From a virus, in IMG/VR virus record IMGVR_UViG_3300035698_022838, positions 32,001-96,000 of that record: a DNA stretch of 64,000 nt. One strand, written 5' to 3'. The notes under the pieces were generated by a model, which was not told where the DNA came from, searched no databases, and worked only from the letters and a program-made list of their open reading frames with translations. Shown here in pieces: positions 26,857 through 38,203 of this stretch. Each line of letters opens with the position of its first letter. Positions within the stretch are counted from its first letter, which is position 1. A program made the translations under genes and the position numbers.

Positions 26857-29805
26857 TTAGATTTTTTCAATTTTAAAAGTAAATGTTGTGGAATAATTTT
26901 GTCCCTCCTCTAATTTAACCTCAAAATTATACATTAAAGAATTAATTCTTATCAATTTATAATTTGGCTCTAGATAATAAGAATATCTTATTCTGTCTGG
27001 GTTAATTAAATCTCCTCTCAATAATATTTGGGTAGAAGTTAATGGTTCACCTGATTTTTTCACATAGAGATCAAAATCAATACCTTGGTATATAGGTGAA
27101 ATATTTCTATCTATGTATGATTTAATATCATCATTTATATCATTAGGATTATCAACACCATATTCACTAATTATATTGTCAATAAATACTTTACTTACAC
27201 CATTATTTAATAGATATCTTCTTAAAATACGATCAAGTCTTATAGATCCATATAACATATTAGTTCTATCATCCTTTTGCCAAAATACTTCTACGTCAGG
27301 GTATACATCTTGATCAAAAACAGGTAAATCTACAGTACTGTAAACGGTACCAAGTTGGCCTATTCCAGTATTTGAAGTTGATGGTTTAATTTTCTGTACT
27401 ATAGGGATTGCAGATGTAGCTAAACTATTTATATTATTAATTGCAGTTGAGCCTTTCGTTCTGGAAATTTCTAATGTTGTAAACGTATAAGCTGTTATAG
27501 AATACGGGGTTTGCATAATTTTAGATCCTAAAAATGACTTATTTTCCTTCATACTTCTTGTACCAGCAACAGGAGTTCCTATAATCGCAGAAGTATACAT
27601 ATTATAATAGCCAGGATCCCATGATGAATAAAATACAGAAAAATCCTTATTTGCTATTGGAGTTTCGCCTATTAAAGGATATACTGGACCACTAGGGATA
27701 TTTTCAGATGCTTTAAGAATATCATTACCCAATGAAACTTTAGTATAACCGATATTTTTTATAAGACCGAACATTTCTCTTTCAGGAGCAAATGTACAAT
27801 TTCTATATTTAAGATCCGCTGTATTATAGCCTAAAATAGTATCAATTTTATCATTTTTAAATTTAAGTACTTTTCTAAATAGAGGTTCATATCCTCCTGG
27901 ATATCTTAAAATATCAGCTGCAAAGATAGTACCACCGCTTACAATATCATATCCAGTTGGTTGATTTTGACCAAGTGTTTGTGGACCAGAATAATCTGCT
28001 AATGGTCTTAATCCACTGCTTCTACGCATTGCAGTTGGTTGTACCATACTAATTTGAAATCTATCAGTTTCAGAAATTGTAGATGCTGTTGTTTCATCCC
28101 ATGAATATGTGGTGTAACTAATATATGGACTTTCCGTATTAACTCTATTAGAAATATCAGCAACAGAGATTCTTCTCATTATAAAGTCCATATAATTTTT
28201 ACCACCATTTATTTGGAATACTGGATTATTTCTATATATACTACTAGAACCTAATGGTACATTAGTCACAACTGCCGTACCAAATGTAAAAGAAAATGGG
28301 ATAGTAAAGTCATAATTAGAAACATCAAGCGGACCAAACAAAACAAGATTTTCAGATCTTCCAATAGGCCAAGGATACTGTGAATCTATGGCTGGAACAG
28401 AAAAACTACCAGGACCAGTTAGGCCAAGTGTTGAACTACCATCGACAGGATATAATAAATTTATTTCATCTCTTAAATCTGTATCATAATCGGGATTTGT
28501 TTCGATATAAACAAATCCTGGATTTGTTGTTGCTGTTACTGAACTATTAGAAGCAACAGATAAATTTAAAGCTGCACTTAATTTTATATCATCAATCTCG
28601 TATAATACAGATCCGGTTGGGCCAGATGCACCAGTTAAACCTATTAATGAATCTTTTTTCTTATCACTAAGAGAATATAGTAATGTATAATCTAGATATG
28701 GTGTTCCTCCCGTTCCGCCAGTATAGCCTAAAGGTAAAGCTCTATAATCCTTTATTACTACTTTACAAACAAAAAGTATGCATTTTTGTTCTATATTTTC
28801 AATAAATTCATATGTAACTGGTGCTTGGATTATACTATTATCTTCTGGTAAAACTCTTAATATTGCTGCAAATTTATAATCATCAAACCCCCTGTAGTTT
28901 GGTATGTATTTATCAGTACCATTATTTGTATTTTCAACAGTACTCTTTCTTTTTAGTGTAAGTTTAATCCCTCTAAAAACAGTATCATAAAACCCAGTTG
29001 ATTTATTATAAACCAAAGGTGTAAATAACTCCTTTGTTAAATTAGTAGAAATATTATATGGTGCATCATAATCCAATGGATCAACAGTAAAAAACGAGGA
29101 GAAATATAAAGAATCCCCGGAAGCACCACTAACAATTTTAGAAAGATCTATTTCACCAGGTAGATATCCTTTTTGTTCATCAATACTATTTATTGGATAT
29201 TCTCTAGGAATTCCCTCTAATAACATCCATTCATGTGTTAAATACTGGGGATCTGGCGTTTCTCTTTGAAAACTTGGTGAAAAGTTAGTTGGACTAAAAG
29301 CAGGGGATACATTAAGCCTATATGGGTTTCCTCTAGCATCCGTCCCATTAAAAAATCCCCATTTATTGATATACGGTACTATTCTGGATCTATTAGCTCT
29401 TTCAGAAGTGTAATTTTCTTCTAGATATAAATACTCATTATCCAATTTACCATATTCAAATAATAGTTCCTTATTATCTGATGGTAATATACTATTCTCA
29501 TTAATTGATTGTATACCATAAAAACCAGAGAACCCATCTAAATTCTCTTCTGCTAATTTTACGTGTTCATATTCAGTTGCTTCATCAACCCAGCCAAGTC
29601 GCATGAATATTGCAGGTACAACAATTACATTAACCCCAGTCGACACTAATCCAGCATCAGAAAAATAACTAACATTAGTTCCTATGAAAACTTTACCTGC
29701 AGAAAGAATACGCTCGCTACCAAGTCCTATATCGACTCTAGCTAATCCATCCTTTATTAGATATTTTACATTTTCTACTATTTGTCCTGGTTGATCTGGA
29801 ATCAA
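26857..29805 (-). CDS. C-terminal part of a giant virion/baseplate protein (probably continuous with 29802-32393 through a -1 frameshift)
   Basis: TTG start only; its frame opens exactly at the T5 run at 29858-29862. Confidence 0.7.
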   Translation of the reverse strand: MIPDQPGQIVENVKYLIKDGLARVDIGLGSERILSAGKVFIGTNVSYFSDAGLVSTGVNVIVVPAIFMRLGWVDEATEYEHVKLAEENLDGFSGFYGIQSINENSILPSDNKELLFEYGKLDNEYLYLEENYTSERANRSRIVPYINKWGFFNGTDARGNPYRLNVSPAFSPTNFSPSFQRETPDPQYLTHEWMLLEGIPREYPINSIDEQKGYLPGEIDLSKIVSGASGDSLYFSSFFTVDPLDYDAPYNISTNLTKELFTPLVYNKSTGFYDTVFRGIKLTLKRKSTVENTNNGTDKYIPNYRGFDDYKFAAILRVLPEDNSIIQAPVTYEFIENIEQKCILFVCKVVIKDYRALPLGYTGGTGGTPYLDYTLLYSLSDKKKDSLIGLTGASGPTGSVLYEIDDIKLSAALNLSVASNSSVTATTNPGFVYIETNPDYDTDLRDEINLLYPVDGSSTLGLTGPGSFSVPAIDSQYPWPIGRSENLVLFGPLDVSNYDFTIPFSFTFGTAVVTNVPLGSSSIYRNNPVFQINGGKNYMDFIMRRISVADISNRVNTESPYISYTTYSWDETTASTISETDRFQISMVQPTAMRRSSGLRPLADYSGPQTLGQNQPTGYDIVSGGTIFAADILRYPGGYEPLFRKVLKFKNDKIDTILGYNTADLKYRNCTFAPEREMFGLIKNIGYTKVSLGNDILKASENIPSGPVYPLIGETPIANKDFSVFYSSWDPGYYNMYTSAIIGTPVAGTRSMKENKSFLGSKIMQTPYSITAYTFTTLEISRTKGSTAINNINSLATSAIPIVQKIKPSTSNTGIGQLGTVYSTVDLPVFDQDVYPDVEVFWQKDDRTNMLYGSIRLDRILRRYLLNNGVSKVFIDNIISEYGVDNPNDINDDIKSYIDRNISPIYQGIDFDLYVKKSGEPLTSTQILLRGDLINPDRIRYSYYLEPNYKLIRINSLMYNFEVKLEEGQNYSTTFTFKIEKI

Positions 29806-32393
29806 TTCAAAATATCTATGTGTTTCTGGGGTTGGTGTAATACCATATACAGAAGATAAAAATCAAAATCAAAATCTTTAATATCAAAAAATGAGAAAAC
29901 CCCACTATATAATGTGGCCATTTCAAATACATTGAATTTAGAATCACTACCAAGATCTATAATTGCTTTCTGGTCTACTAAATTAGCAACTAAAAGTTCA
30001 TCATATCCAGTAAAAGATGTTACTTCTCCTGTCTTATTATTTATATTATTATCATAGACTGGAGAATCAACATATCTAGTTATTGATCCTATCATAGCCA
30101 TACCTCCAGTTACTCCTCTTCCGCTTTCAACTTCTATCCAATCACCAGCAGTTATCTTATCAATCTCAGATATGTTAAATGCAACTCTACATAAACCATA
30201 GTCAGTTCCACCAGTAAAATTAACAGGTTGACTAACCAAAGATGCATCAATACCTCCGATTTCTAATATACCTGATGTTGAAAATGGAATATATATAGAC
30301 CAATAAGCTGGTTCTTCTGTAGGGATTTGACCCATGCTACTTCTTGCAATACATGTATAATAAGCACTATTATAATAAACTATATTATTAGTTTCATAAG
30401 TACTTTCCGTTATCCACTGACCAGCATAATTTGGACCAAAAGTATCATAATCGTCAAATACACCAATACTAAATGAATTATTTGGTTTATATCCACTTAA
30501 TTTGGATCTTATGATCGAGGTGTCATTATTAGGAACTGAATCCCAAACAACAGTACTTATATCTGATATACATTCACTGAATGAATTTGCAACATCACTA
30601 GTTTCACCTTGTATACTATTAAAATAGTGTTCATTATCTATGTTATATGAACTACCTGCTCGCCAACCAACTAATGTTCCACCAAATTCCCCGCTTTTAA
30701 CAAGGTCATATCTACCAGTAGAACTATTTATTGTGCCGTTTGGCCAAAATATCTTAAGTACTATTTTATTTGCATAATTAGTAGTATTAAGAAATTTAAT
30801 CCCTATATTTGCATATCCGTTTGTTTTCGGTAATAAACCTTTATATGAACCTATAATATCTCCATGTCCTGTAAAACTTAATAAATCTACAGATTTATTT
30901 GGAATTACTAAATCACCGGTATCTAATGCTATATTACCAGTTATACCAAATCCAGTACTAGCATATGGGCCATATGTACTATGTGATGGTGTCCAGGTAT
31001 CCCATGATTCAGTTTCAGATAAATAATTCTCTGTTCTCTTTAATGAATAAAAATTATCATTTTTATCAGTTATATAATATAATTTCTGTGCATCATTTAC
31101 ATTAACATCATAAGAACCTGGAATCCAACCAGAAGCACCTTCATAAAATAATCTTACCCCTCCAGTGCTACTTTGATATGACGAAACATTATTATTATAA
31201 TAACCAATATTGTTTCTAGTTGGTTTAGGTTCATTTAGATTGCCTTCCTTATTTTTAAATTCATGGAAATAATTACCATTTAATTTAAACTCTCCAAGAT
31301 CATTTCTAGATACATAACATCCATAATATCTATTGATTGTATATAAATCAGAATCCTTATCATCAAAAAGAAACTCAAGATTAAGTAAATTTGGACAAAT
31401 TATACCATTGCGTTCAAATCCTTCAGTTATTTTTTCTTCAAAATCTGATTGTATAGATGCATTTTCGCTAACAAGATATTCAGATAGAAGTTCACCCTTT
31501 TTAGTAAAAACCCCATCTTTTACACTTATACCATTATAATACGTATATGTATTTTGTTGAAATGAGAAATCGAGTGGGGTTTTAGAATAACCTTCTGCAT
31601 TTATAACAGATCTAATATATTTACCTATTGTCGTTTCAGATCTTAGATCAAAGGTCGATATAACCATCGAATTAGGTAATATTTTACCATTGAAAAGATC
31701 AGGTACATTATCAACATTAGACTTATACTTTAATTCATTCATTTCAACAACTTTACCAGTACCGGAAACTATTGTATATGTTGAATATAACGAATTACCT
31801 TCAAATATTGCATCATTAGTATATTGTATATTTTCACCAAGCTCATTTTTACTATAAAGAATAATAAAATCTTCTATAGAATCTGGATCTTCTATAACCT
31901 TATATTCAACATCACCAGTAATAATTGTCTGGTTTGTTATGTATGGGTAGCTCAACGGACCCGGAACCTTAAATATAACAAAGAATTCTGGAAGTTCATC
32001 TCGAAGCCATAATGGTTGAAAATACCTAAAATTTTCATCATAATTTCTATCTATTAAGGTAGAAGCTCCAGCACCATAGAAAAAATCATATTGATATTCA
32101 AAATTATTTACAGACTGCTTGCTCCCGTCGGTAAACTCTCCAGCCTGGAATATAATATCGTTTGAAATCGAGCCATCAAGAAAAAAACTAAAAAGGTCAC
32201 TCGCATAGCTATCTTCGCCAGTAACTCGAAATTTCTTATATTTTTGATCACTCAGTGTTGGGTTAGCATTCATCGAATTTAACCATACTCCACCACTCGA
32301 ATCGAGCGATATTTTTACGTTACCGGTTAATTTTGGGTTTGTTCTTAATAATCCGAATGATGTATTATAATCAAATAGTCTTGGTGTTGCCAT
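29802..32393 (-). CDS. N-terminal part of a giant virion/baseplate protein
   Basis: 863 aa with structural composition; the last ~17 residues are off-composition. Confidence 0.7.
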   Translation of the reverse strand: MATPRLFDYNTSFGLLRTNPKLTGNVKISLDSSGGVWLNSMNANPTLSDQKYKKFRVTGEDSYASDLFSFFLDGSISNDIIFQAGEFTDGSKQSVNNFEYQYDFFYGAGASTLIDRNYDENFRYFQPLWLRDELPEFFVIFKVPGPLSYPYITNQTIITGDVEYKVIEDPDSIEDFIILYSKNELGENIQYTNDAIFEGNSLYSTYTIVSGTGKVVEMNELKYKSNVDNVPDLFNGKILPNSMVISTFDLRSETTIGKYIRSVINAEGYSKTPLDFSFQQNTYTYYNGISVKDGVFTKKGELLSEYLVSENASIQSDFEEKITEGFERNGIICPNLLNLEFLFDDKDSDLYTINRYYGCYVSRNDLGEFKLNGNYFHEFKNKEGNLNEPKPTRNNIGYYNNNVSSYQSSTGGVRLFYEGASGWIPGSYDVNVNDAQKLYYITDKNDNFYSLKRTENYLSETESWDTWTPSHSTYGPYASTGFGITGNIALDTGDLVIPNKSVDLLSFTGHGDIIGSYKGLLPKTNGYANIGIKFLNTTNYANKIVLKIFWPNGTINSSTGRYDLVKSGEFGGTLVGWRAGSSYNIDNEHYFNSIQGETSDVANSFSECISDISTVVWDSVPNNDTSIIRSKLSGYKPNNSFSIGVFDDYDTFGPNYAGQWITESTYETNNIVYYNSAYYTCIARSSMGQIPTEEPAYWSIYIPFSTSGILEIGGIDASLVSQPVNFTGGTDYGLCRVAFNISEIDKITAGDWIEVESGRGVTGGMAMIGSITRYVDSPVYDNNINNKTGEVTSFTGYDELLVANLVDQKAIIDLGSDSKFNVFEMATLYSGVFSFFDIKDFDFDFYLLYMVLHQPQKHIDILN

Positions 32394-32403
32394 TTTTTAA
32401 TGT

Positions 32404-35400
32404 TTAACCTATGATTCTAGTTGTTGAAAAATTAGGGGAAGAAAGTGTATCATTCTTATATTTACCAGTAACTTGTACATCGAAAGAGAATGGACTTTGA
32501 TTCCTTACTTGTAGATCAACACCTATCTTTTTGGTGTATGTTATATTAGTTGGGTTTCCAGTCGCTCTAAATCCGCCAATATACCCTAGCTTATCAGTAG
32601 CTCTAAATTGGAATATTATAGGAATACTAAGAGAATTAGAATCACCAGATTTCATGAATTTAGAAGCTAATTTTGATGATCCTTCTACTTGTATAGTTGA
32701 ATTATAAGGAGGACCTAGATATAAATAAGATCCGCATGTATATCTGCCAACTAAATATTCATCATCAGCAGTAAACCCTAATTTTTGGGGATACATTGAA
32801 TCCTGTCTGGCTGACGTAGCGCCAGTAACAAAGTCTGTTGTAACAGAAGAATAACCTAATTGACTATAGAAGTTAGATATAGTCGTATCTAACTGAAAAT
32901 GATCAGAGTGCCTGAAATAAGGGTATACTACAATACCACCAGAAAAATCAGGCTTAGTCAATTGCTCAAATGTTAATCCGGTTGTACTTGCTGGATGGTC
33001 TAGATGCATACAGAATTCGCTTAATGTTCCCCCGCCATACCATTCGTACGTACCTGTACCACCAGTACCTGTACCGTCCCATATATTAGAATCTATACCA
33101 GAAGCTGTTGGTACTGTAGTTTGTGTTGGGTCAAATGGTAAAAGTTGACTTCCATTTCTCGGTAAGTCCGAGGAATCGCCTGTATATACATATGATGAAT
33201 TATATGCATTTACCTCATTATAAAGATTTGAATCAAAACCAACACTTTTCCATCTAGGATAAACAAATTGACTATTTGAATTACCAGAAGCATACGGCGG
33301 AGCTTGTCTAAATAATTGGAAAGATTGCTCGTTTGCAGCACCAGTAGAATCAGCAGGCACTATATCAGCATTATTTAAAGATGTTATAGAAATTGGAATT
33401 TCACCATATTTTAAATTTGATGTATAACCTTCAGGTAAAGCATATGATGATGATGTACCAGCAAGAGTATCAAGACCTCCTGTTAAAACAGAAGCCAATT
33501 CAAGTAAACCTGTACCTGAATTAACGATCTTAATTTCATATATCTGAGATGCAATTTTACCAGCATCAGATGTTGTTGGACTAGAATATATTTGATTGTA
33601 ATAACCAGCATTAAGATTTATAGTAGATCCATTAGTTACCAGTTGGGTATTATCATTACTATCAACTAAATAAACTTCAAGTACACCAGTTGCATTACTA
33701 ATAGAAGCATTTAATGAATTAAGTTGGTCTTGTAATTCAGTTATTTTACGGAATAAATCTAAAGGTGCTCCAGCATCATCATAAAAACCACTAGATACTG
33801 ATTCTGAATCCATATAATATTTTTTAGACCCTGCAGTAAATTGTTTACTTAATAAACCATCGATACCTTTAGCAGATAAATCTTTCTGTACTTCTAATAC
33901 TGCTTGGTCTTTAAGATTGGTTGTGATAGTAGTATTAGTAGCACCTACTGTAGCATCAGCAGGAAATGAAATAGTAACAGCATTACTAAAGCTTGACGTA
34001 GTTGGGTTCTCTGGCCAGCCAGCTTCAGAAATAGATTGTATTCTTATCTGTACTCTTTCTCCTTTAGTTATTGGTATATCCAATTGGTTAATCTTCTGTA
34101 CATCTGCATTATCAGTAGATTCCGGTGCCCATTCATAAGTACCAGTATCGCTGTTGTATATCTTTTTACGAACTAAACTTTTTACCTCTACCCAATTACT
34201 AAACGCACCAGTCTTTTTCTGTGTATTTCGATCGATGTATTCAATCTGATCGACAGGAGGTGCTATTCCAGCATCGCTTAGATATCTATATTGTATAATG
34301 AATTGAATTACACTTTGTGGTCCAGTTAAAGGATTTCCCTTAGGATCTGGTATTGGCCAAAATCCTCTTACTCTATATTTAGATTTTACCGCTATTTGTG
34401 GATTTATTACAACAATGGATGTAATAGCAGAAACTGTACTTCCTAGTAAATCCTGTTTTTGTACTCGTTCATTAGTTAGTGAATTAAGATTAGCCTGTAA
34501 TGCAGAAACATTAGTTGCTACTTGTGTACCTTTAAGTGAACTAGCACTTTCCGAAGCTTTATTACCAGCAGGTGCAACAGCAACATCAGACGCATTATTG
34601 ATACGTGATCTAGTTTGTGCTATTGTTTTATCTATTTGGTTTATTTCAGATTGTAATGTTGTTTTTAATGCAACTTTTTCATTTAATGTATCAGCATCTA
34701 CACTCTTTGTTAATTGTTTATTTATTTCTACTACCTTGAAGTTATCAACAGTAATTGTTGGTGCATCAGGTAATACTGAATTTATTGCACTAATTCTTTT
34801 CTCCTTAGCCATACCAAGAAACATTTGACCTAAATCAGCAACCGAGTTTTGATAATATGTCTCTAAAGTTTGTACACCAAATTCAGTATTAATCTTTAGT
34901 TCATTACTATAAAAAACAACACCAGTTGACCAAGTAGATCCAATTACATTGTAATTATCATCAATCTTTTTAAAAAATACACCTTGTCTTTCATCAAAAC
35001 CAACATTTACATGAACATACCTTGGACTAAATTGGGTAGATAATAAAGTTAAAGTATTATTACCAATATTAACTGGTTGATATCCAGAAATCCTTTTTAA
35101 TTGGACAGATGTTTCGTTATTATTAATCGCTGTAATTTTATATCTAGTACCATCTTCAGTCAATAAAATATTATCAACAGCTAAAGATTTTCCGTTTTCA
35201 ACATTAGTAGTTGTATCTGTATATTTAATTGAATTTAATTTGTAATTTCTTCTAGTCTCACTAGTTTCTACTCCGTTAGAATCCGTTATAGTAACTACAT
35301 CATCATAAAATGATGTTACACCAAAATTACCTTTATTTCTTATAGTTCTGAGTGGTAAATCAACATTACTCTCATCGGTAAAATATATAATTCCACCCTT

Positions 35401-35964
35401 AGTTAGCTCATTTATAAATTGACTCTCTGTTAAATCGTTTCTTCCTTTTAGATTTGAATCAAAATAAACTTTCCTTTCTTCAGTATCTGTGTGTGCAATT
35501 ATTCTTTTTACTCTGATTCTATCACTATCATCTGAAATTTGTCCAGTTACATCAAGATCTATGTATAACAATGGGCTTAAGAAACTTTCAAAAAACCAAT
35601 TATCTTTAGTTTCAAATGTACTGGGAACAGCTAAATTTGACAGGGGAATTGGATCTCTTACTGGTTGGGATTTATATATTTGTGAATACGTCCCATCAGG
35701 ATTTCTTACTGTTGCAAGATTATCACCAAGGCCTGAAAGCGATTGTATATTAGAATCTAACCTTTGTATCTGACTACGCATATACGCGTAACCGGGTAAA
35801 CTAGCTAATATAGGAAGTCCACTTTCATCTAAAACCTCTATTTGTACAGTATCATTAGTAGAAGTTGCAACTTCATTTAAGCCATTGATTATCTCAATAG
35901 CATTTTTTTGAAGTCTTAAAAACTGAGCTACTAGTGAACTGATTGAATTTTGTGTACTACTCAT
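32404..35964 (-). CDS. Large virion structural protein with coiled-coil and FnIII-like segments
   Basis: 1186 aa with two heptad regions, in the structural operon. Confidence 0.65.
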   Translation of the reverse strand: MSSTQNSISSLVAQFLRLQKNAIEIINGLNEVATSTNDTVQIEVLDESGLPILASLPGYAYMRSQIQRLDSNIQSLSGLGDNLATVRNPDGTYSQIYKSQPVRDPIPLSNLAVPSTFETKDNWFFESFLSPLLYIDLDVTGQISDDSDRIRVKRIIAHTDTEERKVYFDSNLKGRNDLTESQFINELTKGGIIYFTDESNVDLPLRTIRNKGNFGVTSFYDDVVTITDSNGVETSETRRNYKLNSIKYTDTTTNVENGKSLAVDNILLTEDGTRYKITAINNNETSVQLKRISGYQPVNIGNNTLTLLSTQFSPRYVHVNVGFDERQGVFFKKIDDNYNVIGSTWSTGVVFYSNELKINTEFGVQTLETYYQNSVADLGQMFLGMAKEKRISAINSVLPDAPTITVDNFKVVEINKQLTKSVDADTLNEKVALKTTLQSEINQIDKTIAQTRSRINNASDVAVAPAGNKASESASSLKGTQVATNVSALQANLNSLTNERVQKQDLLGSTVSAITSIVVINPQIAVKSKYRVRGFWPIPDPKGNPLTGPQSVIQFIIQYRYLSDAGIAPPVDQIEYIDRNTQKKTGAFSNWVEVKSLVRKKIYNSDTGTYEWAPESTDNADVQKINQLDIPITKGERVQIRIQSISEAGWPENPTTSSFSNAVTISFPADATVGATNTTITTNLKDQAVLEVQKDLSAKGIDGLLSKQFTAGSKKYYMDSESVSSGFYDDAGAPLDLFRKITELQDQLNSLNASISNATGVLEVYLVDSNDNTQLVTNGSTINLNAGYYNQIYSSPTTSDAGKIASQIYEIKIVNSGTGLLELASVLTGGLDTLAGTSSSYALPEGYTSNLKYGEIPISITSLNNADIVPADSTGAANEQSFQLFRQAPPYASGNSNSQFVYPRWKSVGFDSNLYNEVNAYNSSYVYTGDSSDLPRNGSQLLPFDPTQTTVPTASGIDSNIWDGTGTGGTGTYEWYGGGTLSEFCMHLDHPASTTGLTFEQLTKPDFSGGIVVYPYFRHSDHFQLDTTISNFYSQLGYSSVTTDFVTGATSARQDSMYPQKLGFTADDEYLVGRYTCGSYLYLGPPYNSTIQVEGSSKLASKFMKSGDSNSLSIPIIFQFRATDKLGYIGGFRATGNPTNITYTKKIGVDLQVRNQSPFSFDVQVTGKYKNDTLSSPNFSTTRIIG

Positions 35965-35972
35965 TTTATTTT

Positions 35973-38183
35973 TTATCCATTATTTGTTAAACTTTTACCC
36001 ACTATATCAACTTGGAAAATTAAATTCTCCACGTTAACACAAACTATATCAATGACAGGAAGATAGTCGTAGGTTACCACATCCGCATTATTTAATGATG
36101 TTATTAATTTTGAATATGCAACATTACTTGGATTAGCTAATGGGAAATCCCCCGTTGCATCAGTAATAAAAACAATATTGAAATCACCAGGTATAACCAT
36201 ATCACCAAAACTAAATCTCATAACCTGACCAGGTCTCCATTTTAAAACAGTATCATCAATTCGAATAATAAGATCTGAGGTTAATGTAATTGGAGTTCCG
36301 TTGTTTATATGCTTTACGTAATTACCAAACTCTGCTAATGTTATAGTATTGGTATCATTGTTTTGTAATGATATTACACCATTCTCTGAACTTATATTAT
36401 AATCCTGATTCAGATTTGATATAGTCACTTGATTTTCTACTGTTCTATCAACTCTAACTCCTTTACCCTCTTTGATTGAATCTAGATTATAAGAAATTTC
36501 AGCAGATGTTTCATTATTTATTATTGCCCTTATTAGCTCATAATTTTGGTTAATAAGTCCCATTACTGATTCTGTATTATTAAATAATGCTTGATTCGCA
36601 GCATATGAATTTTCTAATGCTTCTATCCTTCGATTTAGCATCGAGGCTGTATCAGAAGATAATGCCATATTTTCCAATTCAGAAACTCTATTTGCTAAAG
36701 TAGTGTATATCGCTGCAGCATCATTAAGAGTTCCCGATGAATCTTGTAATACGTTCATGGCATCCATAAACATGGTTAACGAGAAAGAAGAATAGTCATT
36801 AATTGCTTGTTCAACCCCTGTCTGATCTATATCGACATCAAATTTAATATTTAGCTTTAATCCATACGAATTACCATTTAATTTAGTAACTATATTTGGT
36901 TTATATTTTTCAAAACTAGGAATACTATAAATATTACTACCTGATGTTTGTACATCATCTAGGAAAAGTACACCATATAAATTTGTAACATATTCAGTTG
37001 GATCAGCAGGATCATATACATCATAATAAATTAAGACTGCATTAAAACTAAAATCTGCTGATTCTGGAACAGAATTAAATTCTTCTAATGAAGCTATTGA
37101 TGCATCATCAACTATTTCTTTATATGAATCAGGATCGAAATCTATACCGATTGAATCTAATCTAGTCCTTACATATTTTTGGTATCCAGTACCAGTGCCA
37201 CCAAGTGTAGTTTTTTCTAATATAAGTGAAGTTGGATCAGTAAAATATGGATCATTATAATATGTATTTGCAGTATCTCTTGGAGAATACCAATTACCAT
37301 CTCCAGTAGAACCATCTATAGTATCCTCAAATACAACAGTTGGTGAACCTAATACATCATCGTCAAAAATAGCTAAATTAGTAAGTCCACTTGGGTTATA
37401 TTCATCATATGCTCTTCCTGTTAAATATTCTTTATCTAAAGGATCTGTAGGACTATTAGTCCATCCATAATCGGGATAATAATTTTTATCAACAATGTTT
37501 TTGAAAAGTACAGTTGGTGTATTACCATCTTTTGTTGGTACATGAACATATACTTCGGAATAGGTATTATTATTATTCTTTACTGAATTGACAATATCAA
37601 GATTACCAACATATTGGACAACTCTATTATAGGTAGCCCCGGCTAAACCATATGCTCCAGTTGTACCCGTAACTGGGTCCCCCTCGACATAACGTTTTTC
37701 AGTAACTGGTAAATCATTAACAACAGTTATCGTATTCTGATCTAAAGTATCTACAACTTGATCTGAAGATGCTGGTTGATATCTTATTGCTCCGATTTCC
37801 TTCATCCACTTAAAAAATATTCTCTCAGATATATTTTGTGTTAATAAGGAATCATAAGCATCACTACTAAGTATAGTAGTTTCTATATTCAAACAGTAGC
37901 TTTGAAAACTTTGTGAAAAATCTACATTGGCATTACCCGTGATGATATTTCCTGCGCTGGTTGCCAAATCCAAAAATGCGCCATCCGGTGCGTTAAGTTT
38001 AATACTGTTTCCTAAAGGATCACCAGAATTAATATCTGGGATATTAAGAAGTGCAAATTTAGAAAATTTGAACTTATTTACCGAATTATTGAACGTAAAA
38101 GACAAATCTTCAGCAGCAGACGAAAAAGCATAAAATGTTCCGCCCTGTACTTGAAGAGGTCTTATAAATGGGGTTTTTGCCAT
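35973..38183 (-). CDS. Virion structural (baseplate/tail) protein with central coiled coil
   Basis: 736 aa; acidic, N/D/T-rich; structural context. Confidence 0.65.
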   Translation of the reverse strand: MAKTPFIRPLQVQGGTFYAFSSAAEDLSFTFNNSVNKFKFSKFALLNIPDINSGDPLGNSIKLNAPDGAFLDLATSAGNIITGNANVDFSQSFQSYCLNIETTILSSDAYDSLLTQNISERIFFKWMKEIGAIRYQPASSDQVVDTLDQNTITVVNDLPVTEKRYVEGDPVTGTTGAYGLAGATYNRVVQYVGNLDIVNSVKNNNNTYSEVYVHVPTKDGNTPTVLFKNIVDKNYYPDYGWTNSPTDPLDKEYLTGRAYDEYNPSGLTNLAIFDDDVLGSPTVVFEDTIDGSTGDGNWYSPRDTANTYYNDPYFTDPTSLILEKTTLGGTGTGYQKYVRTRLDSIGIDFDPDSYKEIVDDASIASLEEFNSVPESADFSFNAVLIYYDVYDPADPTEYVTNLYGVLFLDDVQTSGSNIYSIPSFEKYKPNIVTKLNGNSYGLKLNIKFDVDIDQTGVEQAINDYSSFSLTMFMDAMNVLQDSSGTLNDAAAIYTTLANRVSELENMALSSDTASMLNRRIEALENSYAANQALFNNTESVMGLINQNYELIRAIINNETSAEISYNLDSIKEGKGVRVDRTVENQVTISNLNQDYNISSENGVISLQNNDTNTITLAEFGNYVKHINNGTPITLTSDLIIRIDDTVLKWRPGQVMRFSFGDMVIPGDFNIVFITDATGDFPLANPSNVAYSKLITSLNNADVVTYDYLPVIDIVCVNVENLIFQVDIVGKSLTNNG

Positions 38184-38203
38184 TTAATTTATATTTTTTT
38201 AAA

